Shown: piece by piece, positions 38,528-49,484 of the stretch
Layout of the letters: each line of letters starts with the position of its first letter
How positions within the stretch are numbered: position 1 is the first letter of the stretch
Assembly (NCBI RefSeq): GCF_001194135.2
Contig: NC_068983.1
Span: 27,672,205 to 27,721,688 of the forward strand
Direction of reading: 5' to 3'
Source of the DNA: Octopus bimaculoides
Lineage: Eukaryota
DNA length: 49,484 nucleotides
Notes under the pieces: model-generated
The model's input: only the letters and a program-made list of their open reading frames with translations
What the model was told of the DNA's origin: nothing
Databases searched by the model: none
Made by a program: the position numbers and the translations under genes

Positions 38528-40631
38528 GACTCAATCAGAAAATAAATTTATCGAAATTGGCAAAGTTGTTTGAGAAATGAAATCCATGTACAACAGTATT
38601 TGTCCCGGTTCTCTGCAACTTGAGTTCAAATCACATCAATGTCATCTTTGATTTTCTTCTAGAACTGATAAATAAAATACTGGCTCAGTGCTGGCGCAGC
38701 CCTCTCTGCTCCTAGCTGCGCCATGTTGGTTGAAAACTTTGGTGAAGCGTGTGTGTGTACAACAGATGTCTGTATTTGATTGCGACTATATGAATATTTA
38801 AAACCATTAACGAAACCATAGCACATAGAGTTACCAAATCATATTTGATTGTGATGGACGTCCGTATGATGATTATTATATTGTTATTACATCCCAACAC
38901 GTGTTGGAAAACGTTTTCAATGAATATGTGAGCCCTTGTGGTAAATAAAAGAAAGATTTTTCATCAATATTATTGTTGTTGTTGCTGTTGTTGTTGTTGG
39001 GACTTCTGCTGCTGTCGCGTTTTGCCGTTGTTATTGTTATTGACTTGTTGAGATGTGCTATAATATAAGCATTATGTATGATAATTGCGGCTCTGAGCAG
39101 CGCCATACACATAATCCCCCATTAAAATCCATCATTTGCAATGAATCGGAAAAGCCAAAACCCTCTGAAATTTTTCTCCACGTCTTCGATTTTTATTTTA
39201 TTAGTTTTTACCATTTTTTCTTCCTTTAATCTTCTACAGCTGCTATCTAAAACAGATTTGGAGAATACAACATGAATGCAACATAAATTGCATTCATTTT
39301 CTCAAAACCCAATTATCGATATCTTTTCCATTTCACTGGACACAACACTTGATTTTTCTATTATCTTTTCAGTATGTATTATAGGAGAACTACAGATGGC
39401 AGTGTCGAGAGGGTATCACCCAATAGGCCAATAGGTCAACATTTCGCAATATGACAGTAGCATTCTACAATCTATATTTCCACTACATTTAACTCCTGAT
39501 AATATTGACTACTTAGTTTGTAAATCCTAACCATGAGATGTTTTTACTGACCACCGTAACGCAACAGAGAAATATTTAACGATGAATTTAATATTTGGGT
39601 ATTTTCTATTTTTTTTATTTAGATCTCCTGGACTACAGTCCTCCAATGTGCCACAAGAAAGTTCTGTCTGGTGTATAAGTTACTAGATTCGCTTCTGAAT
39701 AAACGACCGAGTGTTTTGTCTAACATTTCTGTTAGACTAAATGAAATTCCTTTAGTTATTGGAAATTACTGAGCTGAGCCGAGTTTGTATTCCGATATTA
39801 AGAAATTCACACTTTAAAACGCCGACACGTCCTTTAATGCCTTTGCTAAAACCCACTTTGTTGTAACCATTCGGGCGTGTTATCTAGCATCAAGATAGCT
39901 CGATACGATGATGCTCTGCTACATAGTGCAACAAACCCATGAGACATGGTTTCTTTTATTTCCTCCACCAGTCTAAAAGGCCCAGTCAAAACCTATATGT
40001 GCTATCAGGTCCCTATCAGACTTAAGCATAACAAAGCAATCAATTGATGTCGTTCCAATTTATGTCAGATACCAGATACCACTTACAACTCTGATTTTGT
40101 ATTTCTCATCTTTTCGTATTTTAACCTCTGGAATTCAGTAATTTAAGAGTTAATGTAATTGAAACAATGAACCAGAAATTTATTCCGGAAACTGAAAAAG
40201 TTTCCCTACATAAATGTGCGGGTATGTGTTTGTGTGTGAGTGTGTGTGTATGGCTGTGTGTATGCCTGTCTGTCTGTCTGTGTCTGTGTGTACATACACA
40301 TACATATACATATATATTACAGTTCCTACGCGCGTTTCATCACTATGGCCGGTCGGAGCCCTGCAATAAGTTTCCAAGTGCATTGCATTTAGATGCTCAA
40401 ACACAACGGTTTAAAGCCACACTTACCAGGCTTTAAAGAAAAGTACTGGGATCGATTCATTCAACTAAATCTCTTCAAGGCGGTGTCCCTCAAACAAATA
40501 AAAGATAAAAGATGTGTGTTTGTGTATTGTTTGTATATATATATATATATTTATAAGTTCAATTAAAGGTTAAAAACCTCATTAAGGGATGATAAAATCC
40601 AATGAATATACTTTATTACCAATTACAAAAG

Positions 40632-40848
40632 AAGGTGGCGAGCTGGCAGAACCGTTAGCATGCCGGGCGAAATGCTTAGCAGTATTTCCTCTGTCTACGT
40701 TCTGAGTTCAAATTCCGCCGCGGTCGACTTCGCATTTTATCCTTTCGGGGACGATAAATTAAGTACCAGTTGCGTACTGGGGTAGATCTAATCCACTGCC
40801 CCCCTCTCCCAAAATTTCGGGCCATGTGCATAGAGTAGAAAAGAATAT
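40632..40848 (+). mobile_element. Type B SINE (tail variant 2, ...CCCCAAAATTTCGGGCC.TGTGC.TAGAGTAGAAAAGA)
   Basis: Well-preserved head GGTGGCGAGCTGGCAGAACCGTTAGCATGCCGGGCGAAATGCTTAGC and core. Confidence 0.9.
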
Positions 40849-42889
40849 TCAACTGTAAGGTAAATGGATAAACCGGGATTCATATATATATATATATATA
40901 CACATGTGTGTGTATATATAATATGTGTGTGTGTATAATACGTATATATATATACATGCGCGCGCACACACACACACATATATATTATGGACGACTTTGA
41001 ACATTTGTTTCTAAATTTACAACACAAACGTTGTGTTTTCTTTTCAGAAACAATATCATTTGTAAATAATTTAATAGTGACCCATGAACTACTACGAGAA
41101 GATAATATATTAATTATTTGCTCATAAACGTCAAAGATTCACATATTTATTGTACGCCAGCTGAACTGATAATGTCAGATATATTTGAATGTTTGCCCAT
41201 AATCCTAAACTTTGCTTATACAGTCGATCCAAATAGAAACCATGAGAAATTTCTACATATTTCAAGAATCGAATGCAAATTGGATGATTTGTATTTTCAT
41301 TGTTTTTTTTTTCCGTTAGATATTATTTTTATGAATGTTACTGCAATGTTATAATTAAATGTAACGATAGCACAATGTCGTATGTTTTAATGGGATAATA
41401 CAACAATTAAATTGACCTTAGCACTTGATTCTTACTTTTATTATCGATCGCCGAAGAAGGAAGCTAAATTCTGTCGGGATTTCAACTGGAAACTTTCAAA
41501 TATAACTAGATTCTGAAACGCGCTTTGTCTGATGTAGCCCTGGTTTTGACTTATACCATCAATGTCTTCTCTAAATAGATATGAATCGTTGTCTGGCATG
41601 GTGAATAGCAGAAACGCTCGAACCTCATACTGAATGTTATTACAGATTCTAGTTGCTGTATCTCTTTGTTTTGAGTTCAAAGGTAAATTTTACCTTTATC
41701 CTTTTGGAGTCGATGAAACAAATACTGGAATCGATATAATAGATAATTACGTGGACTGTATTGTATCAGAAAGTTTTACGCTAGTTCCAATAAAATATAC
41801 ATGGAGACAAGAACGTAGCAAATCTGTTGTACATACATCTAACCTCAGCAATTCATTTCATTCAAGCGAAGATTCTGTTATAGTTGTATGAATCTCAATC
41901 CATCTTAGATAACGAAGAAAGGCAATGGAACTTTAACATGAAGGCAGATTCGCACATAAAAACGCGATATCATTCACAACGGCTAATATAACAATAGTAC
42001 TCCAGCATTCAGTATAATGCGAAATGACTATGATTGTTTCCGATTTTGAAACAATGTCAGCAATTTTGAGAGAAGATGATTATAAATACCATCGAACCCA
42101 GTGCTTAACAGGTATTTTATTTTATGGACTCTGAAAGGTCAAAAGCTAAAGCTGACTTCGGTGGGCCAAAATGACAATAACATTGCGCAAAGTTAGCGGA
42201 AAAAGTTAAGGAATTATACCAATGAATTAACATCATATTACTTAATGAATCTATCATCCCATTTGAAACAGTTACAACTAGAATGATAATATATCTGTGA
42301 GAGCATTATACGCTTGCTAGTATGGATAGATGCAGGTATATTCCAGAAACTAGCATTTCTTGCAGCTGTAAACATTGTCACGTTCCATGAGTTTTAAATT
42401 GAACCTGCTCACTGCTGAGTGTAGATATATTACTAGAAATTATTGTGATATGAGATTTAAAAAATATTATTATGTTGTTTCCTGTTCTTTTACGGTTTAT
42501 GTTGAATATAAACGGTTTTGAATTTTCTATTTGCTTCTTATCATTTCCTTTTTTTCTTTCTTTAATTTGACACAAACATTCTTCTTGACAGATACGAGCA
42601 AAACAAGAGGAAATATAAAAACCTAAACGTCCCGCCCTCTTGCACTTCATCACAGCATGCTTATAAGTTATCAACTACGTAGAGACTTGCAATAACTGGA
42701 ATAACTAGAGGAGTCGGATTTAGTTGTGCAGTCGACTAGCTGCGTACTGTAGTTCTGCTTCATCAGAACTGACTTGGAATTAAGCAATAATAACAAGAAC
42801 ACATTTCTTTTCTCATAGAGCATCTAGAAACTTTGAACATCTTTGTAAACATGAACACGTTTTTCAAAATTCTTCTATGCAAGCCATAT

Positions 42890-43135
42890 AGAATCTGACG
42901 AAGTACAGCGATCTCGAGATCGAAATCTATTAGATGCGAGGCATGAAACCTAAAATAACACCAGTAGTCTGTGTAGCAATAGGATTCATGAAGAAGAAGA
43001 TGGAAAAGTTTGACTACCTTATTTGGGCCAACATCAATATTTAACCGGTTAAGAAGATCATGCTAAATCGAACACCTAACACCACAGAAAGTGTTGCCAA
43101 ACAAATGACATCTTCCCTCAGACCTATAGTTTGGG
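42890..43135 (+). mobile_element. R4/Dong-like (restriction-like endonuclease) non-LTR retrotransposon, C-terminal fragment
   Basis: Translation NLTKYSDLEIEIY*MRGMKPKITPVVCVAIGFMKKKMEK resembles the REL-end motif K..KY.DL..EI...W.......P.V.GA.G; followed by a (GAT)n tract. Confidence 0.65.
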
Positions 43136-43184
43136 ACTTACCCTACAGAAAACAAAACAGGAAGTAAAATAAAACATGACCAAG

Positions 43185-43209
43185 AATGATGATGATGATG
43201 ATGATGATA

Positions 43210-43266
<57 letters not shown>

Positions 43267-43270
43267 GTGG

Positions 43271-43320
<50 letters not shown>

Positions 43321-43330
43321 GTGATGATAA
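43185..43330. repeat. (GAT)n microsatellite
   Basis: Directly visible; explains poly-S ORF 43124-43342. Confidence 0.97.
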
Positions 43331-43849
43331 CCTTATAGTCACACGTATGAACTAACAGCTACAAATATCAAAAGAAAACATACATAGAAATCAAAGACAA
43401 CTGACATGTGCAGGCAAAGTTTCTATTACAAGAAAATTATAGAGTACTAACTAAAACGATTCTTTATGACGTTGACAAGGGCGCTTTAATCTGTATACCT
43501 CGTCTCAGTTAGTAGTTAGGAATATCATTCCAAATCTTTCAAATTATCTGCAATATACTAGTGAATGAAGGTTGTCGCTGTCTTTAAGTAACACTCATCT
43601 CTCTCCCTGTTTCTCTCTTCCTCTCTCCCTCTGTTTCCCTCTCTCTTTCTCTCTGTCACTCTCTGTCTCTCTCTTCCTCTAATCGGTTAGCAACTTTCGT
43701 GTTGTTGTTCAATTCAGTCAGAACTTTCCTGAGACTATACAACAGCAATACATTTCCTTTCATATCAGCAATGTTGTAGGACATGGAATGCAACGCAAAC
43801 ATTACACACAATAGACGACATTACATAAGCGCATGACCTAATAAGGGAA

Positions 43850-44015
43850 CGAGTATCGTCGATTTTATCGATTCCTCAGGTGACTGGTACCTTACCTTTT
43901 GGGACCGGGAAGGATAAATGACAAAAGTAGAACCTTAAGAGATTTGAACTGTGAATGTAACTTAGAAGTGGAAAGCAATGTGGCCTACGCTCTACCGACT
44001 CTGCCAATCCATTGC
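43850..44015 (-). mobile_element. Degenerate type B SINE
   Basis: ACTGGTACCTTACC...ACCGGGAAGGATAAATGACAAAAGTAGAACCTTAAGAGATTTGAACT...CTCTACCGACTCTGCCAATCC resembles the reverse complement of type B. Similar weak copies lie near 8575-8675, 9290-9420, 35775-35940, 38585-38690, 41620-41750 and 42035-42170. Confidence 0.55.
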
Positions 44016-44979
44016 CTCCAGGGAACATTATCAAGATTTAGTATCAGCACTCCTACAGTATAGAATATATAGACAAAAATAATACCGACGAGTAAAGAAC
44101 ATCTAGCGCATTTATAAATACCATGTTTAGCCAATACAAAGAAATAACAACGTTAGAGAAAGTACAGTATATTAAATCCTCGAAGATTATAGCACTTTTA
44201 TCTGAACTAAAATCTTTCAACAAAACACAGCTTGATCATAGACCATTTATAATGAAACGAGGAGTTCAAATGAAGGTTCATCTGAGACATACATGTGTCA
44301 CAGTTTGTTACTTCAGCAACATACAACCCGCACAATTATTACCTTTAAATGTACTAACATCCATGAACGCTTTAACGCATCTTCAACACACAAACCACAT
44401 TAAACACACTAACACAGACAATCAATTCAAACAGCACTCCAAAAATGCAAGCACATAAACAGTAGCACAATCAATAACTTCGTTATTTCACTTGCTAAGC
44501 TGAAATGGACAGCACCAGAAAGAATGGAAAAAAAAAAGAAAGAAGAAAAACATCCATGTTCCTCTCTGTCTCCAAAACAAGAAATTGCATGATCAAAAGA
44601 CATACGCATTCTATATCATCACTACTTGGCAGACATAAACTAAACGACTGGATAGTAGAAGAGGCGATACTGCACAGGCAATCAAACGAGACCTTAAGAG
44701 AGCTTGCATTATGGTCCTTAACATGGTAGAGGGAAAATATGTGTTTAGACTGTTGGATATGTAAATTGTGACTTCGATTTCCGTTTACATATGAGCAAGG
44801 ATTTTGCTTGCTACAATAACAATAAAAAATACTAAGACGACAAAATCAGCGCAATACAATGAAAATAAAGAATCATACATTATTTATAGCATAAACATAT
44901 ACAAGAATAGAATTATTATTCGTAAATATAAATACAAAATTGGAACATGCGCAGCAACTAATATGACTGAGTATATATT

Positions 44980-45235
44980 CTCTTATTCTTTTATTTGTTT
45001 CAGTCATTTTACTGCGGCCATGCTGGAGCACCGCCTTTAGTCGAAGAAATCGACCCCAGAATTTATCCTATCGGTGCCTTTTGCCGAACCGCTAGGGTTA
45101 CGGAGACGTAAACACACCAAAATCGGTTGCCAAGCGATGGTGGGGAAGCAAACACAGACACACAAACATATATAGATAAATAAATAAATATATATATATA
45201 TATAGATAGATATAGATAGATATATAGATATATGT

Positions 45236-45268
<33 letters not shown>

Positions 45269-45408
45269 CGACGGCCTTCTCTCGGTTTCCATCTACCAAA
45301 TCCACTCACAGGCTTTGGTCAGCCCGAGGCTATGGTAGGAGACACTTCTCCAAAGTGCGACACAGTGGTACTGCACCCGGAACTATATGGTTGAGAAGCA
45401 AGCTTCTT
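44980..45408 (-). mobile_element. Type A SINE body and tail (its first ~40 nt are displaced to 46828-46867 by an insertion)
   Basis: Tail CATTTTACTGCGGCCATGCTGGAGCACCGCC, internal (TA)n, body GGTTTCCATCTACCAAATCCACTCACAGGCTTTGGTCAGCCCGAGGCTATGG; stops at GAGAAGCAAGCTTCTT (45393-45408). Confidence 0.9.
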
Positions 45409-46829
45409 TATTTCTTTTAAATTGCCATAAACGCATTACATAGAGGGAGACACTACAACACATGTGGGGACATATAGCAATTAAAATAAAAGTATGATTC
45501 ATGAAAATGAACGTGAAAAACATTAAAATCAAAATATTAAAATAATGATATATGAATGATAACTGAGAAATGAGAATATGAAAAGTGTGTTACTCACCCT
45601 ATACTGAGTAACACCACTCGCCACCTCTCAGTCCTGGGTTCTCTTTAGTCTTTGATCTAGTCTTTCGTTTACCGTTTTCCCCATCGATAAGTGACAACAC
45701 TCTCTCCTCTATGTACACGTAACCTTTTTCACTGGGGGAGGGGGGTCTTGTAAATTTTGTGGTGTCTGCGCTTTCTTTTTTTTTCTGTGAGGAGAGGGAG
45801 TGGGTGGGTTTGGTGTCTGTATGGGGAGGGTGGGTTTGAGAGGTCTTGGGTGGGATGGAGTTGATCTGGGGTCCCACATCACACTGACTGTTCTTCCCCT
45901 TCTTTTGCTTTTTCCTTTTATTCCCTGTCACTGTCCATCCTCCTTGTTCCTTCCATCCATCTGTACCTCCACCTGTTTCTCCTCTGTCTCCACCTCCGTT
46001 TCTTCTGTCGATTTCCTCTGCAGAGGGCAGTGCGCTCTAATGTGACCCTTTTGGACACATTTAAAACATCATGGGATTCTGCCCTCCACCCACACTCTCA
46101 ACATACTCACTCCTAACGTCACCGTCTCCGGCAAACTCTCCAATTGCCACTCCTCTGCCTGTATAATGAGGTCCAGTGTTTTTTTCTCTCCGTCCTCCGT
46201 CTCCCGTTTCCGTGGCTTGGAGGACAGCCACCTCCTCACTTCCAACAAGGAGGGTTGCCGCAATCCAAGCCACTTCTATATCGGGTGGAATTCCTTCTAC
46301 CCTCATCTTAGAAGTCTTCTTTCCAAGATACGTGGGTAGAAGTACTACTTCCTCCGTTTTTACAGTTGCACTCGCCAGCCTCTTTGCCTCCTCCACTGTC
46401 CTTTCGCTATATATGTCACTTCCCTCGAAAGCCCCTTCAATGCTTCTACTTTTTCCATCTCCATCCGCTCCACCTTCCTACTCCCCACTGAGTACACCTT
46501 GTAGGTAATGGTCTTCTTTTCCATATTTACCATAACCCTTTTCGGGGGTAATAACTTTACGTCACCGGCCACCTTCTGTGTCATCTTAGCTCCTTCAGTC
46601 CGGCTAGGTCCACTTCCCTTTTCTTCACCTCTGCAGCCTCAGCAAAACTCTTTACTCTTTCCAAATGCTCGTCCATTTTATTTACTGCCTTAACGAGCTC
46701 CTCCTCCGCTGAGGACAATTCATACTCGCTAAGATTTGAATACATTGCCTCTACCCCTGCCAAGCAGTACAAAAAACTCCGTCAGACTCGTCAAAAATCA
46801 ACACAGCAAATAGACCGACGCATGCGCGG
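45409..46829 (-). mobile_element. ORF1-only (HAL1-like or internally deleted) L1/Tx1-type non-LTR retroelement with TSD
   Basis: Flanked by GAGAAGCAAGCTTCTT (45393-45408) and GGGAAGCAAGCTTCTT (46828-46843), 15/16 identical with a 14-bp exact core. Contains a frameshifted gag-like ORF1, about 190 nt of AT-rich 3' region ending ...TTTAAAAGAAATA, and no APE or RT sequence. Confidence 0.8.
45599..46772 (-). pseudogene. Gag-like ORF1 protein with CCHC zinc knuckle (disrupted)
   Basis: Consecutive minus ORFs 46581-46772, 46360-46584, 46061-46396, 46069-46263 and 45599-45931 join into one protein-like run. After ...LRVWVEGRIP* comes CFKCVQKGHIRAHC (C-x2-C-x4-H-x4-C, plus coordinates 46027-46068), then an acidic stretch and a basic WTVTGNKRKKQKK stretch. 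Confidence 0.8.
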
Positions 46830-46865
46830 GAAGCAAGCTTCTTATCACACAGCCATGCTTGCGCC

Positions 46866-46867
<2 letters not shown>
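46828..46867 (-). mobile_element. Displaced 5' head of the type A SINE at 44980-45408
   Basis: Minus strand TAGGCGCAAGCATGGCTGTGTGATAAGAAGCTTGCTTCCC matches the head of the copy at 17040-17080. Confidence 0.9.
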
Positions 46868-46900
<33 letters not shown>

Positions 46901-47094
46901 NNNNNNNNNNNNNNNNNNNNNNNNNNNNNNNNNNNNNNNNNNNNNNNNNNNNNNNNNNNNNNNNNNNNNNNNNNNNNNNNNNNNNNNNNNNNNNNNNNNN
47001 NNNNNNNNNNNNNNNNNNNNNNNNNNNNNNNNNNNNNNNNNNNNNNNNNNNNNNNNNNNNNNNNNNNNNNNNNNNNNNNNNNNNNNNNNNNNNN

Positions 47095-47184
47095 ATAAAT
47101 TTAGATTCATAAGACGCTAACGATAAATTCAATTAAATAAATAAAGTTGAATTTATCGTTAGCGTCTTATGAAGCTAAATTTAT
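47095..47184. repeat. Inverted repeat: 38-bp arms (1 mismatch), 14-nt AT-rich loop
   Basis: ATAAATTTAGATTCATAAGACGCTAACGATAAATTCAA (47095-47132) / TTGAATTTATCGTTAGCGTCTTATGAAGCTAAATTTAT (47147-47184). The left arm abuts a gap. Confidence 0.95.
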
Positions 47185-47216
47185 AAGTTCTAAAATTGCT
47201 GAAGAATTCGTTGCTG

Positions 47217-47288
47217 GGCAGTTTAGTTTAATGGTAAAACACTTGACATGTAATCACAGATATATGAGTTCGAGTCTCATGGCTGGCC
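47217..47288 (+). tRNA. tRNA-Thr(TGT)-like sequence, probably a pseudogene or SINE head
   Basis: 72-nt cloverleaf: D stem GTTT/AAAC with loop AATGGTA; anticodon loop CATGTAA (TGT at 47249-47251); perfect T stem ATGAG/CTCAT with loop TTCGAGT. Acceptor stem has a G-G mismatch and two G-U pairs; only 3 of 5 anticodon-stem pairs form. T5 run at 47298-47302. Confidence 0.55.
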
Positions 47289-47469
47289 AGTAACGTATTT
47301 TTCTGCAATATATGGATAATTTATCCTGATCACGCTATTTTATAGCATTATCATGCGTTTGAGGAATAAATTTATTTCTGTATCTTACAATACATCTCAA
47401 CGCTTCTAAAGACAAACTTACTTTGTTTGTTTACTTTCATCGTAAAGGTGAATTTGATATATATGTGTG

Positions 47470-47512
<43 letters not shown>

Positions 47513-48045
47513 CTATATAGAGAGACACATAAAGATAGATGGTTAGATAGATCGATGAATAGAAAGATAGATGTGAATGTATATATATATACACACACGC
47601 ACATACACACATGTCACCCGCACACGCACACACACACGCTCACACGCGCACACACATACACACACACGCACATACGTATGTATATTACCTATCACAAAAT
47701 TTTAAGATATTAAGCTGAGTCTACAATATGGGATGTATGCACACACTTCTCTCTGTCTCTACCTCTCTCTCTCTCTCTCTTCCACTCTGTCTCTCTTCTA
47801 TTTTGTCTCTCCCTTTGTGCGTGTGTTCTTCGTTTGTGTGAATGAGAGGGGCTATGTGTTTGTATGCGTGTGTGTGTGTGTGTGCGTGTGTGCGTGCGTG
47901 TGTGTGTATCTGAGTCAGTGTACTTTCTATTTCTATTTATATTCAGATTCAAATTTGCAAGCTCGGATAAAACTTTTATCTAATAAATAGCCATACATGT
48001 AGATCGTAAAATGCTTCTTTAGTTTTGTATGGCGGGAAGATATAT

Positions 48046-48099
<54 letters not shown>

Positions 48100-49446
48100 A
48101 TAAAACGGAGAGCGCAAACCGCAAAATATTCAATCGTCTCCTNNNNNNNNNNNNNNNNNNNNNNNNNNNNNNNNNNNNNNNNNNNNNNNNNNNNNNNNNN
48201 NNNNNNNNNNNNNNNNNNNNNNNNNNNNNNNNNNNNNNNNNNNNNNNNNNNNNNNNNNNNNNNNNNNNNNNNNNNNNNNNNNNNNNNNNNNNNNNNNNNN
48301 NNNNNNNNNNNNNNNNNNNNNNNNNNNNNNNNNNNNNNNNNNNNNNNNNNNNNNNNNNNNNNNNNNNNNNNNNNNNNNNNNNNNNNNNNNNNNNNNNNNN
48401 NNNNNNNNNNNNNNNNNNNNNNNNNNNNNNNNNNNNNNNNNNNNNNNNNNNNNNNNNNNNNNNNNNNNNNNNNNNNNNNNNNNNNNNNNNNNNNNNNNNN
48501 NNNNNNNNNNNNNNNNNNNNNNNNNNNNNNNNNNNNNNNNNNNNNNNNNNNNNNNNNNNNNNNNNNNNNNNNNNNNNNNNNNNNNNNNNNNNNNNNNNNN
48601 NNNNNNNNNNNNNNNNNNNNNNNNNNNNNNNNNNNNNNNNNNNNNNNNNNNNNNNNNNNNNNNNNNNNNNNNNNNNNNNNNNNNNNNNNNNNNNNNNNNN
48701 NNNNNNNNNNNNNNNNNNNNNNNNNNNNNNNNNNNNNNNNNNNNNNNNNNNNNNNNNNNNNNNNNNNNNNNNNNNNNNNNNNNNNNNNNNNNNNNNNNNN
48801 NNNNNNNNNNNNNNNNNNNNNNNNNNNNNNNNNNNNNNNNNNNNNNNNNNNNNNNNNNNNNNNNNNNNNNNNNNNNNNNNNNNNNNNNNNNNNNNNNNNN
48901 NNNNNNNNNNNNNNNNNNNNNNNNNNNNNNNNNNNNNNNNNNNNNNNNNNNNNNNNNNNNNNNNNNNNNNNTATATATATATGAGTACATATATAGGTAT
49001 GTTTGCATACATATATATGGGAAAGGGGCGAATGAGCGCGCACGCGTGTGTGTAGATAGAAATTCCATACGAGAGCGTTGATGATTCGATTTTCAGTATA
49101 CAACTTGCGTTGATAGACCAAAAGTATGTTCACTGAAACGCATTGACGAGAAAAATTTTCACTAAGCCAAGAAAGTGAGCATCTTATGGAATAATGTAGG
49201 ATACACTATTAACATAGTTGTGCGGAGATAGTTGAATGATTGTAAAGTTGGGTAATAAAGAATATATCTAATATAGTATATCACATAAAGACACGCAAAA
49301 ATATTCACACATAAGCTAACGAATTTATAGGAGTAGCTCACACACAGGTACATTTATGCGCAGTCATCAAAACCATGCGTAGAGAGATATAAATAGCTTG
49401 CTTCATAACAAGCATATGCATATATATGTATATATACATGTGTGTG

Positions 49447-49484
<38 letters not shown>

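Noticed and set aside
45590-45600. Strong minus-strand donor AGG|GTGAGT at the end of ORF1, suggesting exonisation or domestication
   Set aside because: The ORF1 has several frameshifts and a stop just before the zinc knuckle, so there is no sign of purifying selection; the motif lies inside the element.
47217-47288. Functional tRNA-Thr gene
   Set aside because: Mismatches in the acceptor and anticodon stems and A at position 33 instead of U; kept only as tRNA-like.

Overview
AT-rich, repeat-dominated eukaryotic non-coding DNA from a gapped draft assembly (13 N-runs, about 4.1 kb, almost all next to microsatellites). The SINE types and microsatellite load suggest an octopus or other cephalopod genome; this is an inference. 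I find no intact host protein-coding gene, rRNA or CRISPR array, and most listed ORFs are microsatellite or gap artefacts. The supported content is mobile DNA: (1) two CR1/L2-like LINE fragments; (2) a decayed mariner; (3) a near full-length Chapaev3-like DNA transposon (10512-12964) with a nested SINE flanked by a 19-bp TSD; (4) many tRNA-derived SINEs of three types; (5) Penelope-like terminal-repeat sequences, including a 147-bp near-perfect palindrome and a minimal hammerhead-ribozyme motif; (6) GIY-YIG and R4/Dong-like fragments; (7) a tRNA-Thr(TGT)-like sequence. The most notable feature is a 1.4-kb retroelement that encodes only a gag-like ORF1 with a CCHC knuckle (45409-46829). It sits inside the tRNA-like head of a SINE with a 14-16-bp TSD, and its 3' end resembles the tail of one SINE subfamily in the window.
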